DNA from: Squalus acanthias
Lineage: Eukaryota
Direction of reading: 5' to 3'
Assembly: GCA_030390025.1 (NCBI GenBank)
Contig: CM059432.1
Coordinates: 79,920,001 to 79,984,000, forward strand
Length of the DNA: 64,000 bases
A program made the position numbers and the translations under genes. The notes under the pieces are model-generated. The model saw only the letters and a list, made by a program, of their open reading frames with translations. It made no database searches and was not told the origin of the DNA. Below, in pieces: positions 1 to 64,000 of the stretch (positions are counted from its first letter, which is position 1; every line of letters starts with the position of its first letter).

Positions 1-848
1 GGTGATTGGGCTGATGCATGGCAGATGCAGTATAATGTGGATAAATGCGAGGTTATCCACTTTGGTGGCAAAAGCAGGAAGACAGATTATCTGAACGGCA
101 ATAGATTGGGAAAAGGGGAAGTGCAACGAGATCTGGGAGTCCTTGTGCACCAGTCGCTGAAGGTAAGCATGCAGGTGCAGCAGGCGGTTAAGAAGGCAAA
201 TGGTATGTTGGCCTTCATAGCGAGAGGATTCGAGTACAGGAGCAAGGATGTCTTGCTGCAGTTGTACAAGGCCTTCGTGAGACCACACCTTGAGTATTGT
301 GTGCAGTTTTGGTCACCTTATCTGAGGAAGGATGTTCTTGCCATGGAGGGAGTGCAGCGAAGATTTACTAGACTGATACCTGGGATGGCAGGAATGACGT
401 ATGAAGAGAGATTGGGTCGATTAGGCTTATATTCGTTAGAGTTTCGAAGAATGAGAGGGGATCTCATTGAAACTTATAAAATTCTAACAGGACTAGACAG
501 ACTAGATGCAGGAAGGATGTTCCCAATGGCGGGCGAGTCCAGAACCAGAGGTCACAGTCTAAGGATAAGGGGTAAGCCATTTAGGACTGAGATGAGGAGG
601 AATTTCTTCACCCAGAGAGTGGTGAACCTGTGGAATTCTCTACCACAGAAGGCAGTTGAGGCCAATTCATTAAATATATTCAAGAAGGAGTTAGATATAT
701 TTCTTAAGGCTAAAGGGATTAAGGGATATGGGGAGAAAGCAGGGACAGGGTACTGAATTTGGATGATCAGCCATGATCTCATTAAATGGCAGAGCAGGCT
801 CAAGAGGTCGAATGGCCTACTCCTGCTCCTATCTTCTATGCTTCTATA
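1..848 (+). mobile_element. CR1/HER1-type LINE, 3' end of ORF2 plus 3' UTR (young copy, cut by the window edge)
   Basis: Open 243-aa ORF with CR1 C-terminal motifs ([36 protein letters not shown]); tail ends tcttctatgcttctat. Confidence 0.92.
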
Positions 849-1412
849 TTGACAGGGCCAGAAGGGGGCGGGGGGAGGAGGAGTTTTGGACAGGAAACCA
901 AGAGTTTCAACTCCACAGCGTGTGTATTTTTTTTTTGACAGGATTCCTCGCCTGGAAGTCAGGCCGATCGACAGGCTTGGCTTCCAGTCGGGTGAGGAGC
1001 ATTCTGAAGCAGGCCGCAGCTGCAGGCAAGGAGCCTGCAGGCTCCGATCCCTGATCGGCGGGGAGGGGTGGGGGAGGAGACTGATCCCAGGGAAGCAGGT
1101 AAGCTTGGGGGCGGGGCGGGAAAAGCACTCCTGCTCCTCTTGGCCCACAAACAGTGCTGTAAGGGCACTAACCTATTCCCTGAGGCCTGGGAAACCCAGC
1201 CAGCCAGGGTTAAACCTGTAAGACAGGTTAAATGTGAGACTCCCAGCCTCATAATATTTAAATAGGCCAACTTGCCTCCTGGGAGCAGGTTGGCTGCCCA
1301 CCCCCTGGCCCGCCTCCGTTAAACTTGGAAGTGGGCAGGTTGGAGTCGGGTTTGAGATTTTTACATCTCACCTGACCCCAACTCACCCGTTTTTGGGGGT
1401 TAAAATTACCCC
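849..1412. mobile_element. Non-autonomous DNA transposon fragment (Harbinger-like end)
   Basis: Ends in gttaaaattacccc; internal segment about 1125-1212 resembles about 20720-20770 and, inverted, about 21400-21510. Confidence 0.5.
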
Positions 1413-1744
1413 TATAGACCCAGAAGTATTACTAAAAGAATGAAAGGTAAATTAGAAGATCTTTTTCAAACAGTTATTAGAACATGGAATTCTTTACCAT
1501 AAGTGGCTACTGAGGTAGAGACTACAACATCATTTAAAATGATCTGAATAAGTATTTGAAAAAGAATATAAAAGCATATAGGAAACGAGCCAGGGTATAG
1601 CATTAGAGTAGATAGCTCCAATTGATGAGCTAGCATCAACGTAGATGAGATGCGTTGAATAGCTTCTTTCTGTACTGTAAGCTCTAATGATTCATGCTTA
1701 CGAATAAAGAGGATTACACTTAAAGAGTAACTGCATCTACTTAC

Positions 1745-63174
<61,430 letters not shown>

Positions 63175-64000
63175 CTACATCCATACAAGATTGTAAAAGA
63201 GTTTGGAAATGAGCTACTTTAAAAAAAAAAATACAAGTATCGAGAGTCAGCCTTTCACAAAAAGCAACAAAACACAGTACTGATCTACTCCGCAGTCTGT
63301 GGGTTATTTGGATTGTTACTGTTCACTTGATTTTTTTTTTGAAAGCAGCTTTTATTATTGAGTAATTTTATTTTGTTTTCATATGGGACTTTGGAAGAGA
63401 TACAGACTTTCTGTAAATTCTCAATTCCAATCCATAATCCGATTCTAGAAGGTCAAATCATTCCCTTTTCTTCATGATGGAATGTATGGATTCAGCTGCA
63501 AGCTGGGGGAAAAAACCTCAACTAAAGCGAAAGTAGCTATAGGGCTCAACATCTTCACCTGCTTGAGTCAGCAGCTCAAAAAGTTGAATCAGGAGTTCAA
63601 AAAAGAATGCTATTAAACAATCACCCACAAGACTTTTTCATAATGATATGCATGCAGACAATTACAATTACATAGCTGCAAAGTGGTGTCTTTGAAATTA
63701 TTAGGAAATTAGAGAAATTGTGGCAAGTGTCTAGGTATCTCGAGAATATTTATTTAAAAATACGAGTCAAAGTTTTAAACCTAAAACAAAATTTTTTTTT
63801 TTTTTAAATTACAGGTGGTGAGAATATTCAGTTTTAAATTTCAGCCAGTAGATTGTGGGAATTCTAGATTGTATGCTACTCCATAATAGTAGGTTTCACC
63901 CAAAAAAAGTTTGTTCAAGAGAAAAATACAAGTTCAGAAAATAAGTGATTGTATTAGTACAAAAACAGATGCATATAAAAGTACACAAAAGAAAAAAAAT

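Overview
Eukaryotic genomic DNA, not prokaryotic. The repeat content (HER1/CR1-type LINEs, an HE1-type V-SINE) points to a shark or other cartilaginous fish. The window lies inside a minus-strand ARFGEF1 (BIG1, large Sec7-family ARF-GEF) gene. I traced 17 consecutive GT-AG coding exons (2,420 nt, about 806 codons, phases compatible, no stops seen) from just upstream of the Sec7 domain into the HDS region; both gene ends lie outside the window. Introns are dominated by nested CR1 LINEs. They also hold RTE and L2 fragments, SINEs, Penelope-derived hammerhead-type elements, a full-length decayed PIF/Harbinger transposon with related MITEs, and a probable hAT element. The most unusual items are: (1) a circularly permuted 28S rRNA peptidyl-transferase fragment with a 9-nt terminal redundancy, fused to a CR1 tail; (2) Harbinger-type MITEs that keep an internal hairpin and a CCAAT/E-box module despite different stem sequences; (3) a TSD-flanked 164-bp element with a hammerhead core between perfect 37-bp inverted repeats; (4) an initiator-tRNA-Met copy next to a LINE tail; (5) a chimeric RTE insertion carrying about 355 bp of foreign sequence. 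Family names and comparisons with human sequences are from memory, not from searches. TE boundaries are approximate unless a TSD or TIR is cited.
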